A DNA stretch of 30,391 nt from positions 1 through 30,391 of IMG/VR virus record IMGVR_UViG_3300008450_000297; one strand, 5' to 3'. The DNA is from a virus. Its lineage: Duplodnaviria; Caudoviricetes. The notes under the pieces are model-generated. The model was given only the letters and a program-made list of their open reading frames with translations, was not told where the DNA came from and made no database searches. This document shows, piece by piece, positions 9,652 to 18,834 of this stretch. The position numbers and the translations under genes were made by a program. Position 1 is the stretch's first letter, and each line of letters opens with the position of its first letter.

Positions 9652-10180
9652 AGCAATATTATTAGAAAAATATGTTAAAAAAGCTGTTCAAATAGCTTTA
9701 AAGGAAGAAGAACAACAACAAAAACAAGTTGAAAAAGCAATGTATTTTATACATCGTTTTCCTGGTTTAAAAAATACATTAGAAGAATTAATGTCACCTG
9801 CTTTTGGTCGTTATATATCTGATATTTCTTTAATAGCTCCTAAACCAACTACGTTTGGCGTTGGATTAATTAATGGACAAGACTTTACAGTAATATATTT
9901 AGGAAAAAGTAATTTTGCTGTAAAAGTATCTGGAAAAAAATACAATCCTATTAATATAGGAGAATCTGAAAGAGCATCACAAGCTATAGCAGATTTACTT
10001 GAATTAAATTATGCTCCTAGAGAATCTACAGAAGAATTATCATCACAACGTGATGATAGTATAAAAGCCGATTTAGAAGCAGGAAATGCTTCTCAAATAC
10101 CTGAAACACCACCATCACCACCATCTGAAAATCCTACCCCAGAAGAAACACCAGCATCTAAGAAAACTCCTGTTACTTAA
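9644..10180 (+). CDS. Hypothetical protein with a Pro/Glu-rich tail
   Basis: 178-aa ORF overlapping the upstream stop; LLE and LKE sites near the N-terminus. Confidence 0.75.
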   Translation: MNKAILLEKYVKKAVQIALKEEEQQQKQVEKAMYFIHRFPGLKNTLEELMSPAFGRYISDISLIAPKPTTFGVGLINGQDFTVIYLGKSNFAVKVSGKKYNPINIGESERASQAIADLLELNYAPRESTEELSSQRDDSIKADLEAGNASQIPETPPSPPSENPTPEETPASKKTPVT

Positions 10181-10182
10181 AA

Positions 10183-10214
10183 TTTGGATAGGTAAAAAAT
10201 AAGTTTTATCTTTA
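10183..10214 (+). promoter_or_regulatory. Bacteroidota-type primary-sigma promoter (-33/-7)
   Basis: TTTG (10183-10186), 20-nt spacer, TATCTTTA (10207-10214); consensus is TTTG-N19-21-TAnnTTTG. Confidence 0.6.
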
Positions 10215-10225
10215 AAAAAAAACAT

Positions 10226-10963
10226 ATGAGTAAAATAAAAAGACTCTTTTTTGATATTGAAACAAGCCCAAACATTGGTTTGTTTTGGACAGCAGGTTAT
10301 AAGTTAAATATAGGTCACGATAATATTATAAAAGAAAGAGCTATCATCTGTATATGTTATAAATGGGCCGGTGAAAAAGAAGTATACTCATTAACTTGGG
10401 ATAATAAACAAAATGATAAAAGTTTACTAGAAAAATTTATTAAAATAGCCAACGAAGCTGATGAATTAGTAGGACATAATGGTGATAAATATGATTTACC
10501 TTGGGTTAGAACTAGATGCTTATATCACGGTCTTTCTTTATTTCCGTCTTATACTACGATAGATACATTAAAATATGCTCGTTCTAAATTCAAATTTAAT
10601 AGCAATAAATTAGACTACATAGCTCAGTTTTTAGGATTAGGTGCTAAAATCAGTACCGGTTTTAATCTATGGAAAGATATTGTTTTAAATAAAAACAAAA
10701 AAGCTATGGATCAAATGGTTGAATATTGTAAAGGTGACGTTATATTATTAGAAAAAGTATATAATAAATTAGCTCCACATTTTCCTGAAAAAACACACGT
10801 TAGCGAAGATAAAACAGATTGTCCTACATGCGGTTCAAATAAATGGATTTTCTCTAAACGCAGAATGTCGGCATTAGGAACTATTCGCGTACAAATGCAA
10901 TGTAAAAAATGTGGAAGATATCATACTGTATCTGAAAGAACAGCTGAAAATATAGCTTTGTAA
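10226..10963 (+). CDS. DnaQ/RNase H-like (DEDD) 3'-5' exonuclease with C-terminal Zn ribbon
   Basis: ExoI FFDIET, ExoII GHNGDKYDLP, ExoIII YCKGDV; CPTC...CKKC. Confidence 0.85.
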   Translation: MSKIKRLFFDIETSPNIGLFWTAGYKLNIGHDNIIKERAIICICYKWAGEKEVYSLTWDNKQNDKSLLEKFIKIANEADELVGHNGDKYDLPWVRTRCLYHGLSLFPSYTTIDTLKYARSKFKFNSNKLDYIAQFLGLGAKISTGFNLWKDIVLNKNKKAMDQMVEYCKGDVILLEKVYNKLAPHFPEKTHVSEDKTDCPTCGSNKWIFSKRRMSALGTIRVQMQCKKCGRYHTVSERTAENIAL

Positions 10964-11009
10964 TATTTATTGGCAAGATATTTTTATTATCTTTATAAAA
11001 ATCAATAAA

Positions 11010-11447
11010 ATGAAAAGTCAAATATTACGCCAATTAATTAGAGAAACTATATCTCAATATCTTAAAGAACAAGAAGATTTAACTCCTATAGACCCCGGTC
11101 CTGGACAAGAACCTGCTAATATCCCTTCACCAGATGAAGCACCATCAGAGGCAGAAACTCCTGAAACACCAGCAGGAACTATTACCACAGAACAAGCTAA
11201 ACAACTTATTAAAGACACCAAAGGTAAATTTTTCACAGTAACTTTTATTAAAAAAGATGGATCAGAACGTGTAATGAATGCTCGTTTAGGGGTTAAAGTT
11301 TATTTAAAAGGTGGTGAATTACCCTATAATCCAGATGAAAAAGGATTAATTCCTGTTTATGATGTTAAAACGGGTGGATATAGAATGGTAAATGTTTCTA
11401 CTATTAAAAAATTAAAAATAGGTAATAGTGATTACACCGTACAATAA
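11010..11447 (+). CDS. Putative head-associated protein with a C-terminal Sm/SH3-like (WYL_2-type) beta-barrel
   Basis: LRQLIRE...LKE leader, Pro/Glu linker, then GKFFTVTFIKKDGSERVM...PVYDV...GYRMVN. Confidence 0.65.
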   Translation: MKSQILRQLIRETISQYLKEQEDLTPIDPGPGQEPANIPSPDEAPSEAETPETPAGTITTEQAKQLIKDTKGKFFTVTFIKKDGSERVMNARLGVKVYLKGGELPYNPDEKGLIPVYDVKTGGYRMVNVSTIKKLKIGNSDYTVQ

Positions 11448-14308
11448 TGATAAGATTAGCTAATATATTTAAAGAGGTAAAAATACAGACCCCCGAAATA
11501 ACCCCACCTTTAGATAAACAAATATTAAACCATTTAATAAAATCAATAGTTAAGTATATTGAATATGCTAATATAGATATGTTTACTTTTTTATTAAATG
11601 ATGATTATTATGGCGATATAATAAAAGAATATATATATGAACAAATGAAGTATAATCATTATGATTTAGAAGATATTAACTATAAATCTGATGAAAGTAT
11701 AGAATCATATATAAAAGAACATCCTGAATTAAAACAATACGTAAACAAAAAAGCACTAGAATATTACCTTAAATCTATAAATTTAGGTCGAATGGTTAGT
11801 GATATTAAAAAAGAAGTTAAAGAAAAAGGATGGTGGAGTGGTTTAATAGATAATTATCTTGATTCTGATCAAGGACAAGAATTATTTGAACCTTATTTTG
11901 AGGATTTTATATATAAGAACTTTGATTTTGAATCATATTTAATAAAAATGTTAAATCAATCTGATTTATTTACTGAAGTAGTTAAAATTAGTGCTCCTGC
12001 TAGAATTCATGATTTAGATAAACCTGGAGTTAAGTTTGAAAATATTAAAATAGGAGATATATTACAATTTACTTTATACCAACCTCAAATAGAAACAGTA
12101 CGCCAAAAAGTAATAGGATTTAAACAAGATACTAATCCAATGCATGATGTAGGTGATATTCTTATATCTCAAGATTTAGATGATTACGGAGAATTAAGAT
12201 CAGGAACAGATTATTGGGTTAAATTTTCTATAGAAAACTATTGGGAAGGAAAACCATCTAATATAAAAGAAAATATAATAAGAGAATACCCTGAAAGTAA
12301 AATTAATAGTTTATTAATTAAATGGGGAATAGATTCTACAAAAGACCAAGCTAAAGCAAATATCGCTCGTCAACTTATTAATAGATTTGACCAAATTAAA
12401 GGATCATTAAATGATAAATTAGATATAGTTATAATCCCTAATGAAATAAAAAACAAAGATGTTAAAGATATAGATTTATATTCATTTGAAGACTTACAAA
12501 AATTAATCAATTCATACCCTGAAAATCCTGAAAAATCTAAAAAAGAAGCAATTAATAGGTTTGTAGAAAAATTTGGAATAGATAAACCTACGGCTCAATC
12601 ATATACGGCTCGTTTTATGGCAAAAAGAGATGCTTTAAAATTTGGAGTAAGAGACGGTATAGAAGAATTAGGACTTACAAAAGAAGATGTTTTAAGTTAT
12701 ATTCCTAAAAAATTACAACAAAATGATGCTTTTTTAGATCCTCGTAACTGGGGATGGCAAGAATTTGAACAAATGCTAGATGCTTTATTCCCATCTCAAA
12801 AACAAGTAAGTGGAGAGGATATAAATTTAGCAGAAACAGATGCTGATAAGATATACAATAAAAATGGTATAGAAATATATAAAGGAGATGATGTACATAA
12901 GTGTATATCATATAACCCTATATCTCAAACTACTAAAAGAAAAAAATATGGATGGTGTGTAACTCAAATAGGTAATACTAATTATGATTATTATAGATTT
13001 GGAGATAAAGCCCCTACATTTTATTTTATATTTGATCGAAGTAAACCATCTACTCCTGAACATGCTAGCTTTGACGATAAATGGCATGCTTTTGTAATTC
13101 AAGTAAATAAAGATAATAATTCATATATAGTAACTAGTGCCAATAACGATAGAGATGCTCCTGCTAAATCTTGGGAAGATATATCAAACATAGTACCTAA
13201 AGACACATGGGAAAAAATTAAAAATTTAAAAGATTATTTTAAACCAATTTCTTTATCTAGTACAGAACGTGGTAGAAAATTTGCCTCAGGCAAAAATTTA
13301 TCTTTAGATGAGTTTAAAGAATTATCTCAAGACGAAAAAATACTATATGTTCAAGGTAAAGCATCAAAAAATGCACTTACTTCTGAAATTTTAGCTATTT
13401 TACCTAAATATAAAATAAGTTTAGAGGGAAGATCAACAACATTAGCTAATGTTGCTATTGATAGTGGACAAAAATTTCCTTATTCTTTATTAAAAGATTA
13501 TGAATCTTTAGCTAAACGATATGCTATATTTAGATTTAGACATACTAATTACAGTAAGGATCCAATACCTCTACCATATGTACAATATTTAGATGAACCT
13601 GCTAAAGAAACATATTTATCCAAATTTGGTGATAATGTATCATTTGAATTAATTGACCAATATTTTGGTCAAAATTTATTAGAGAAATCAGTAAATGAAC
13701 AGGTTAAAGAATTAGGATTTATAAGTCCTGAATATATTAAATATATTAAAGATCCTAAATTAAGATCATTATATGAATCATATTCTAAATTATATGGTAA
13801 TTGGTTTAAAGGAGATAACTTTAATAATGAAGAAGCAATATCTAACATGACAGATATGCCAGAGCAAGTAATCACCCCAGTTTATATAACTTATGATCAG
13901 TGGGAAGAATTATCTAGTACAGAAAAAAATACATTATTAAAATTAACTAATAAAGTAAATGGTAATGATAAGTTTTCGACTTTTCTATATGCTGCTCCTT
14001 ATATAATTAAAGACGGTTCTAAAGAATATATATTACTTCCAACCTCAGTAGATACATCGGATTATTTACCATATAAGACGTGGGTTTTAGTTGATAAAAA
14101 CAACAATATTATTAAAGATAATATAAACGGTGAGGAGTCAAAAATAGGTGATGAACAATTAGGATATGGTTATTTTACAAGTAAACCAAAACGAGTATAT
14201 TCTATGGACGATACTAATTTAGTAACTGGAGAAGTTAATGAAACTGAAAAATTATATGAAGATTGGGATAAATACCAATTAATGATTAGAGCAGGAATAA
14301 TAAAATAA
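11447..14308 (+). CDS. Large putative head-packaged multidomain protein with EVKI modules and a WC-motif domain
   Basis: MIRLANIFKE-VKIQTP start, FTEVVKISAP at 11969-11998, IKEN junction at 12263, WC domain around 12840-13350. Confidence 0.8.
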   Translation: MIRLANIFKEVKIQTPEITPPLDKQILNHLIKSIVKYIEYANIDMFTFLLNDDYYGDIIKEYIYEQMKYNHYDLEDINYKSDESIESYIKEHPELKQYVNKKALEYYLKSINLGRMVSDIKKEVKEKGWWSGLIDNYLDSDQGQELFEPYFEDFIYKNFDFESYLIKMLNQSDLFTEVVKISAPARIHDLDKPGVKFENIKIGDILQFTLYQPQIETVRQKVIGFKQDTNPMHDVGDILISQDLDDYGELRSGTDYWVKFSIENYWEGKPSNIKENIIREYPESKINSLLIKWGIDSTKDQAKANIARQLINRFDQIKGSLNDKLDIVIIPNEIKNKDVKDIDLYSFEDLQKLINSYPENPEKSKKEAINRFVEKFGIDKPTAQSYTARFMAKRDALKFGVRDGIEELGLTKEDVLSYIPKKLQQNDAFLDPRNWGWQEFEQMLDALFPSQKQVSGEDINLAETDADKIYNKNGIEIYKGDDVHKCISYNPISQTTKRKKYGWCVTQIGNTNYDYYRFGDKAPTFYFIFDRSKPSTPEHASFDDKWHAFVIQVNKDNNSYIVTSANNDRDAPAKSWEDISNIVPKDTWEKIKNLKDYFKPISLSSTERGRKFASGKNLSLDEFKELSQDEKILYVQGKASKNALTSEILAILPKYKISLEGRSTTLANVAIDSGQKFPYSLLKDYESLAKRYAIFRFRHTNYSKDPIPLPYVQYLDEPAKETYLSKFGDNVSFELIDQYFGQNLLEKSVNEQVKELGFISPEYIKYIKDPKLRSLYESYSKLYGNWFKGDNFNNEEAISNMTDMPEQVITPVYITYDQWEELSSTEKNTLLKLTNKVNGNDKFSTFLYAAPYIIKDGSKEYILLPTSVDTSDYLPYKTWVLVDKNNNIIKDNINGEESKIGDEQLGYGYFTSKPKRVYSMDDTNLVTGEVNETEKLYEDWDKYQLMIRAGIIK

Positions 14309-14314
14309 AATATA

Positions 14315-14364
14315 GGTCGATTCATAGCCGATCGCTCGTAAGAGACAACATTATAGAGCTGTGG
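14315..14364 (+). ncRNA. Candidate structured RNA (H-type pseudoknot with a GNRA hairpin)
   Basis: GGTCG (14315-19) pairs with CGATC (14329-33); loop TCATAGC (14322-28) can pair with GCTGTGG (14358-64); CTC-GTAA-GAG at 14335-44. Confidence 0.4.
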
Positions 14365-14396
14365 CCCATCCTTAAAAGGTGGGCCGTTTTTGTTTT
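14363..14396 (+). terminator. Intrinsic terminator
   Basis: GGCCCATC-CTTAAAA-GGTGGGCC hairpin followed by GTTTTTGTTTT. Confidence 0.8.
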
Positions 14397-14424
14397 GAAA
14401 GTCAAAATAAAATTTATAAATTTA
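14394..14424 (+). promoter_or_regulatory. Bacteroidota-type promoter for the oxidoreductase gene
   Basis: TTTG (14394-97), 19-nt spacer, TAAATTTA (14417-24). Confidence 0.5.
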
Positions 14425-14431
14425 TAAAACA

Positions 14432-15742
14432 ATGAATAAAAAAATAGTAATAGTAGGAGCAGGTGTATCAACTCAATATGGAGTACTTCACCTTTTAAAA
14501 AATGGATATGATCCTAAATTAATAACAATCATTGATAAAGGTAATTCTATCTATAATAGACAACCTGAAGAAGTAATGACAGGAGCGGGTGGGGCCGGAA
14601 CATGGAGTGATTTTAAAGTAATCCCTTCATTTAAACAAGGCGGATTATTTCACCCACACTACTGTCAGGATGAAGAACTAGCTAATAAATTATCAAAACA
14701 ATTATATAATTATATAGTTGAATATCACCCGGACCCATCTAAAATAATGTATACTACTCCTGTTGAAGAACCTCAATTCATTAAGGATTCACCATTTGAA
14801 TTAAGACAATCACCTTGCTATCACTTAGGTACAGATTATGGTCAACAACAAGTAAAAAATATATTTGAATATTTTGATAAAGTTGGAGTAAATCAAATAT
14901 ATAATTGTGAAATTACTGATATAAAATTTGATGACCAATTAGTATTTACTCAATTTACTAATACAAATGAAACTAATTTTATTTATTACGACAAACTTAT
15001 TATTGGAACTGGTAAATCTGGTATGGATCTACTTACTAAACTAATCAAAGAAAATAATCTAGATACAGTACCTAAACCGGCACAATTCGGAGTTCGTTAT
15101 GAAACTGATGGTAAATATTTTGAAGAATTGAATAAAATAGCATATGACTTTAAATTATATAAAAAATTTGGAGAAGATAGTGCTCGTTCATTCTGCACAA
15201 ACAATTTCGCTGCATTTGTAGCAGAAGAAGAAACATATAATATGAAGTCATACAATGGACATGCTCATAAGGATAAAGACAAATACAATGGTTTAACTAA
15301 TTTCGGTATATTGCTAGAAGCACGTGGCATAGAAGACCCATTTAAGTTTAGTCAAGATTTAGTACAATTTTTTCAACTAAACGGTGAAGCTACTTATTAT
15401 TCTCCAACAAATAGAGAACCTTCATTAACTGATCAAGGTACTAAAGTGCCTGGATATAAAATATCATTAGATAAATTTAAAGAAGGTTTTGGTAAGTATG
15501 CTGATTATATATTAGAATTTATAGATGATTTAAATACAACGTTCGGTATAAGCGATAACTACATATTTTATTGCCCTGAAGTTAAATTTTTAACTAACGA
15601 AATATCATTAAACAAAAATAATTTATCCTTACCACAATTTCCTAATGTTTATATGCAAGGAGACGCTGCTGGTGCTAGAGGAATATATATATCTGCTTTA
15701 CATGGGTTATATGTTGCTTCTTCAATTCTTCAAAATTCTTAA
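14432..15742 (+). CDS. FAD-dependent oxidoreductase (COG2509-like uncharacterised dehydrogenase)
   Basis: Rossmann IVIVGAGVS, GAGGAGTWSD, RSFCTN and C-terminal GDAAGARGI...SALHG. Confidence 0.85.
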   Translation: MNKKIVIVGAGVSTQYGVLHLLKNGYDPKLITIIDKGNSIYNRQPEEVMTGAGGAGTWSDFKVIPSFKQGGLFHPHYCQDEELANKLSKQLYNYIVEYHPDPSKIMYTTPVEEPQFIKDSPFELRQSPCYHLGTDYGQQQVKNIFEYFDKVGVNQIYNCEITDIKFDDQLVFTQFTNTNETNFIYYDKLIIGTGKSGMDLLTKLIKENNLDTVPKPAQFGVRYETDGKYFEELNKIAYDFKLYKKFGEDSARSFCTNNFAAFVAEEETYNMKSYNGHAHKDKDKYNGLTNFGILLEARGIEDPFKFSQDLVQFFQLNGEATYYSPTNREPSLTDQGTKVPGYKISLDKFKEGFGKYADYILEFIDDLNTTFGISDNYIFYCPEVKFLTNEISLNKNNLSLPQFPNVYMQGDAAGARGIYISALHGLYVASSILQNS

Positions 15743-15766
15743 ATATTTATTGTAAAATAACAATTA

Positions 15767-16633
15767 ATGAAAAAATCAGAACTAAAACAAATCATTAAAG
15801 AAGAGCTTAATAATATTCGTGAAGAAGAATCTTCAGAATCTAAAAAAGATAAATTAGATACTGCATTACAAAAAGCGGGTATTGATACCTCAAAAGCTAT
15901 TAATGTTAAAATAGTTAATAAGACAACAGGAAAAGAACAAGTAGTTAAATATGATGGAGAATCTTTTTCAAATCCTGCTATGAAAGAAGGATTAAAAGAT
16001 AAATTAGTAATTGCTGCGACTTGTTTAATATTATCATCAGGTATGATTTCTTGTACAAAAGAAGATTCATTAGAACCTAATAAGATTGAAAATTCATTAG
16101 AGGCAAACGTAGATTTTTTAAATACACAAGGATTAAATGTACCATTTGAGGTGATAGCAAAAACTATGTTCCCTCAAAAAATGAAGTATGCAAAAGATAG
16201 AGATAGGCAAACCCCTACTTTATCAATGGGAAAAATAGATTCTGTGGTTGTGAATCCAAATACACCATGGATAGGATATTGGAAATTTACAGATGATTGC
16301 AGATCTAATAATAAGCAAGTTATGATTTGGGTACAACCTGATGATGATCCCATGAGCGGAACTATATATTTTGGATATCAAAAAAATAATAATTACGACT
16401 ACGGCTCGATTACTATACAAGGACACAAGTACACTTTAAGTGCATACTCAATCAAAGCGTTTAAGTATGATGCAAAAACAGCACGTGCTACCGTAAGTAT
16501 TTCTTGTCCAGAAGTAGATAGAGGTAAGATTTTTACTTTAGAAATAGATTACTCTGGAAAAACTATGCGTATTACGAATTGGGGTGGTGGAAATGCTATA
16601 CAAGTTAATGGTTGGGGCGGATTTAAATGGTAG
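15767..16633 (+). CDS. Putative head-associated protein with an internal lipoprotein-like signal
   Basis: MKKSELKQIIKEE leader; internal KDKLVIAATCLILSSGMISC-TKED; beta-rich C-terminal domain. Confidence 0.75.
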   Translation: MKKSELKQIIKEELNNIREEESSESKKDKLDTALQKAGIDTSKAINVKIVNKTTGKEQVVKYDGESFSNPAMKEGLKDKLVIAATCLILSSGMISCTKEDSLEPNKIENSLEANVDFLNTQGLNVPFEVIAKTMFPQKMKYAKDRDRQTPTLSMGKIDSVVVNPNTPWIGYWKFTDDCRSNNKQVMIWVQPDDDPMSGTIYFGYQKNNNYDYGSITIQGHKYTLSAYSIKAFKYDAKTARATVSISCPEVDRGKIFTLEIDYSGKTMRITNWGGGNAIQVNGWGGFKW

Positions 16634-16652
16634 TTTGTAAATATTTATTAAT

Positions 16653-17240
16653 ATGACTCCTATTACTTTAACCTTATCATCTAGGATACCATTTGGTCAA
16701 TATAAAGGTCGATTAGTATCTGATATTTTAAAATTAGATCCAAAATATCTTAAATGGTTGTGGGTTGAAAAAAAAGCAATTACTCCCGATAATACATTAA
16801 AACAAAGACTAAAAGAAAATATGAAAATTAAACAATTACGTGAAGCTATTAAACAAATAATTCGCAAAGAACTAAACGAAAATCAGCCAGCTCCTTCTAA
16901 ACCAGAAAGAGAAACTACTACTATTCCTGCTAGACCTGGTACTAAAGAAAAACCAGATGAAAAACGTAGAAAAATCGGCAGACCAGATGTAAAACCAGCT
17001 CCTAAAAATTTAAAGGAAGAGGAAATGATTAATAAAATTACCGCTCGTTTTATAAAAGCTAAAAAAACAAACGAATCCGTAAATCCTAATTCAAAATATA
17101 CCCCAAAATTTACTGATGAACAAATCAATAAAATGACGCTAAAACAAGCTGAATTTGCTTTAAAAAGTGTAATATATGTACCTCAAAATAAAGAAGTTAG
17201 AAATAAAATATTAGCTAGAATTAAACAATTGAAAAAATAA
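16653..17240 (+). CDS. Fusion of a small FGxYKG...YLxW domain (DUF3820/ExoX C-terminal-like) and a putative head-associated protein
   Basis: IPFGQYKGRLVSDILKLDPKYLKWL, then LKEN-MKIKQLREAIKQIIRKELNE and a Pro-rich linker. Confidence 0.7.
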   Translation: MTPITLTLSSRIPFGQYKGRLVSDILKLDPKYLKWLWVEKKAITPDNTLKQRLKENMKIKQLREAIKQIIRKELNENQPAPSKPERETTTIPARPGTKEKPDEKRRKIGRPDVKPAPKNLKEEEMINKITARFIKAKKTNESVNPNSKYTPKFTDEQINKMTLKQAEFALKSVIYVPQNKEVRNKILARIKQLKK

Positions 17241-18274
17241 TGAAAAAACGTTTACTAGAAGTAGAATACGAAGACATATTTAAACCTGAAACAATGGCTG
17301 CCTTAAAAGGCAAATCAGGTGAATCGTTGCGTGCTATGTTAGGTAATAAAAATCTAATGCAAACAATGATGCGTTCTCAGGAATTACTAGGTCAAATTAT
17401 TGAGGCTGAATCTGATTACCATATTGAATTAGCAATGATAGCCGAAATTATGGCTAGAGAAGCTTACCCTATTTTAGATTATGCTAATGTAAAAATAGAT
17501 GCTAAAATAGTAGGTATGGGTCAAGTTCAACAGAATAAAAATATAGCTAAAACAGCTGGAGATGGAGATGAAATAACTGTAGACGAAATACCATCAACTG
17601 ATATTGAAGCTATGGAGAAAAAACGCCGTATAATCAACGGTATAACTCAAGGTGCTTCAGTACGTGGTTCTTTTGGTTTTTTACTATTTAGAGAACATTT
17701 AGATGATTTAAGCCCGGAATTAGTTGAAAAATACAACGAAATCATGAAATTGGTTTTCGGTATATATGACGATGAAAATGCTATTGCTATGATGTTAGCG
17801 GCTCTTGGTCAAAAACAAAATATTAGTGGTGGATCATCTGAAATGGTATATGATGAAGAAAAAGAGCAATTTATTATTAAAGCAAGAGCCTTTTGTTTTC
17901 CCATGTTATTTCATGAAATAATAAAAGGATTATATGAAATAGTAGGAACAGAAGGATTTGGATCTGATAAAGAACAGAATAAAGCCATTATTAATAAAAT
18001 AGATATAGTATCAAATGAACCACGTGATTTTCAATACGGTAAATTTATTTATGATGCTTTATCAAATCTATACAATCAAAGTAATATAAGTGATACTCGT
18101 GTTCGTGAATTATTCTTTGCTGAAGTATATAAACTAGAAGACAATGAGTTTCTCCCATTCATAGAAAATATGATTAATACTACTTTAACCCCAACTCAAA
18201 AGAAATGGGCATCTGATACAATGAAAGAAATTGAATCTGATTTGAAAAAAGATGATTTACCTTTTGGAGTTTAA
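17240..18274 (+). CDS. Conserved hypothetical phage protein
   Basis: 344 aa; MKKRLLE start; KRRIINGITQGAS and FPMLFHEIIKGLYE motifs. Confidence 0.8.
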   Translation: MKKRLLEVEYEDIFKPETMAALKGKSGESLRAMLGNKNLMQTMMRSQELLGQIIEAESDYHIELAMIAEIMAREAYPILDYANVKIDAKIVGMGQVQQNKNIAKTAGDGDEITVDEIPSTDIEAMEKKRRIINGITQGASVRGSFGFLLFREHLDDLSPELVEKYNEIMKLVFGIYDDENAIAMMLAALGQKQNISGGSSEMVYDEEKEQFIIKARAFCFPMLFHEIIKGLYEIVGTEGFGSDKEQNKAIINKIDIVSNEPRDFQYGKFIYDALSNLYNQSNISDTRVRELFFAEVYKLEDNEFLPFIENMINTTLTPTQKKWASDTMKEIESDLKKDDLPFGV

Positions 18275-18311
18275 AGAAAAAGATATTAACTTCCTTTAAA
18301 AGAAGTAAAGT

Positions 18312-18554
18312 ATGACAAAGACATTAAGAACAGGAGACGGTACTATAATACATTATAGTGATACAACGGGAGTAAATAAACTCCATAATTGGGATGGTCC
18401 TTCCTTAGTTCCTCAAGGTAACATGAAATTAGCGGAATATTACATTTATGGAATACAATATTCAAAAGAAGAATGGATAGATCGTAAACGTGATGCTAAT
18501 GGATTACCATGGTTTAAAACCGCTATTGGTAAAAACACAGGAGCAAGAGTTTAA
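18312..18554 (+). CDS. Small protein with an LHxxDGP motif
   Basis: KLHNWDGPS...EYYIYG resembles the LHRxDGPA repeat unit common in viruses; weak host-type promoter (TTTG 18263, TAACTTCC 18287). Confidence 0.7.
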   Translation: MTKTLRTGDGTIIHYSDTTGVNKLHNWDGPSLVPQGNMKLAEYYIYGIQYSKEEWIDRKRDANGLPWFKTAIGKNTGARV

Positions 18555-18561
18555 AAAAATT

Positions 18562-18583
18562 GGGTCGTCAAGACCCTTTTTTT
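18562..18583 (+). terminator. Intrinsic terminator overlapping a probable host-type promoter
   Basis: GGGTC-GTCAA-GACCC followed by T7; ATTG (18559-62), 20-nt spacer, TATCTTTA (18583-90). Confidence 0.75.
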
Positions 18584-18594
18584 ATCTTTAAAAC

Positions 18595-18825
18595 ATGAAA
18601 CAATTTACAAGAACGTTTATTAACGATGACGGTACTACTTGTGTTTGGAAATATGATTTAGATAAATCTACTAGTGGACCTATCGAAACAAGTACGTCTT
18701 ACCCTAAAGAATATTTAAAAACTATAGAAAAAACCAAAAATAATAAAGTAGATCAAAAATATCTAAACCTAAATAATGGAAAATACGTGGGCTATGGTAG
18801 AGCAAAAGCATTAGGATTAATATAA
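18595..18825 (+). CDS. Hypothetical protein
   Basis: 76-aa ORF filling the gap after the terminator/promoter, with an A-rich translation start. Confidence 0.65.
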   Translation: MKQFTRTFINDDGTTCVWKYDLDKSTSGPIETSTSYPKEYLKTIEKTKNNKVDQKYLNLNNGKYVGYGRAKALGLI

Positions 18826-18834
18826 AAACAACAC

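Noticed and set aside
14309-14400. tRNA or hammerhead ribozyme
   Set aside because: No cloverleaf or TTCGA T-loop, and no CTGATGA/GAAA core in the right arrangement.
17890-17940. Third zincin peptidase in ORF 17240 (FHEIIK)
   Set aside because: The motif is HExxK, lacking the second His, so metallopeptidase activity is unsupported.
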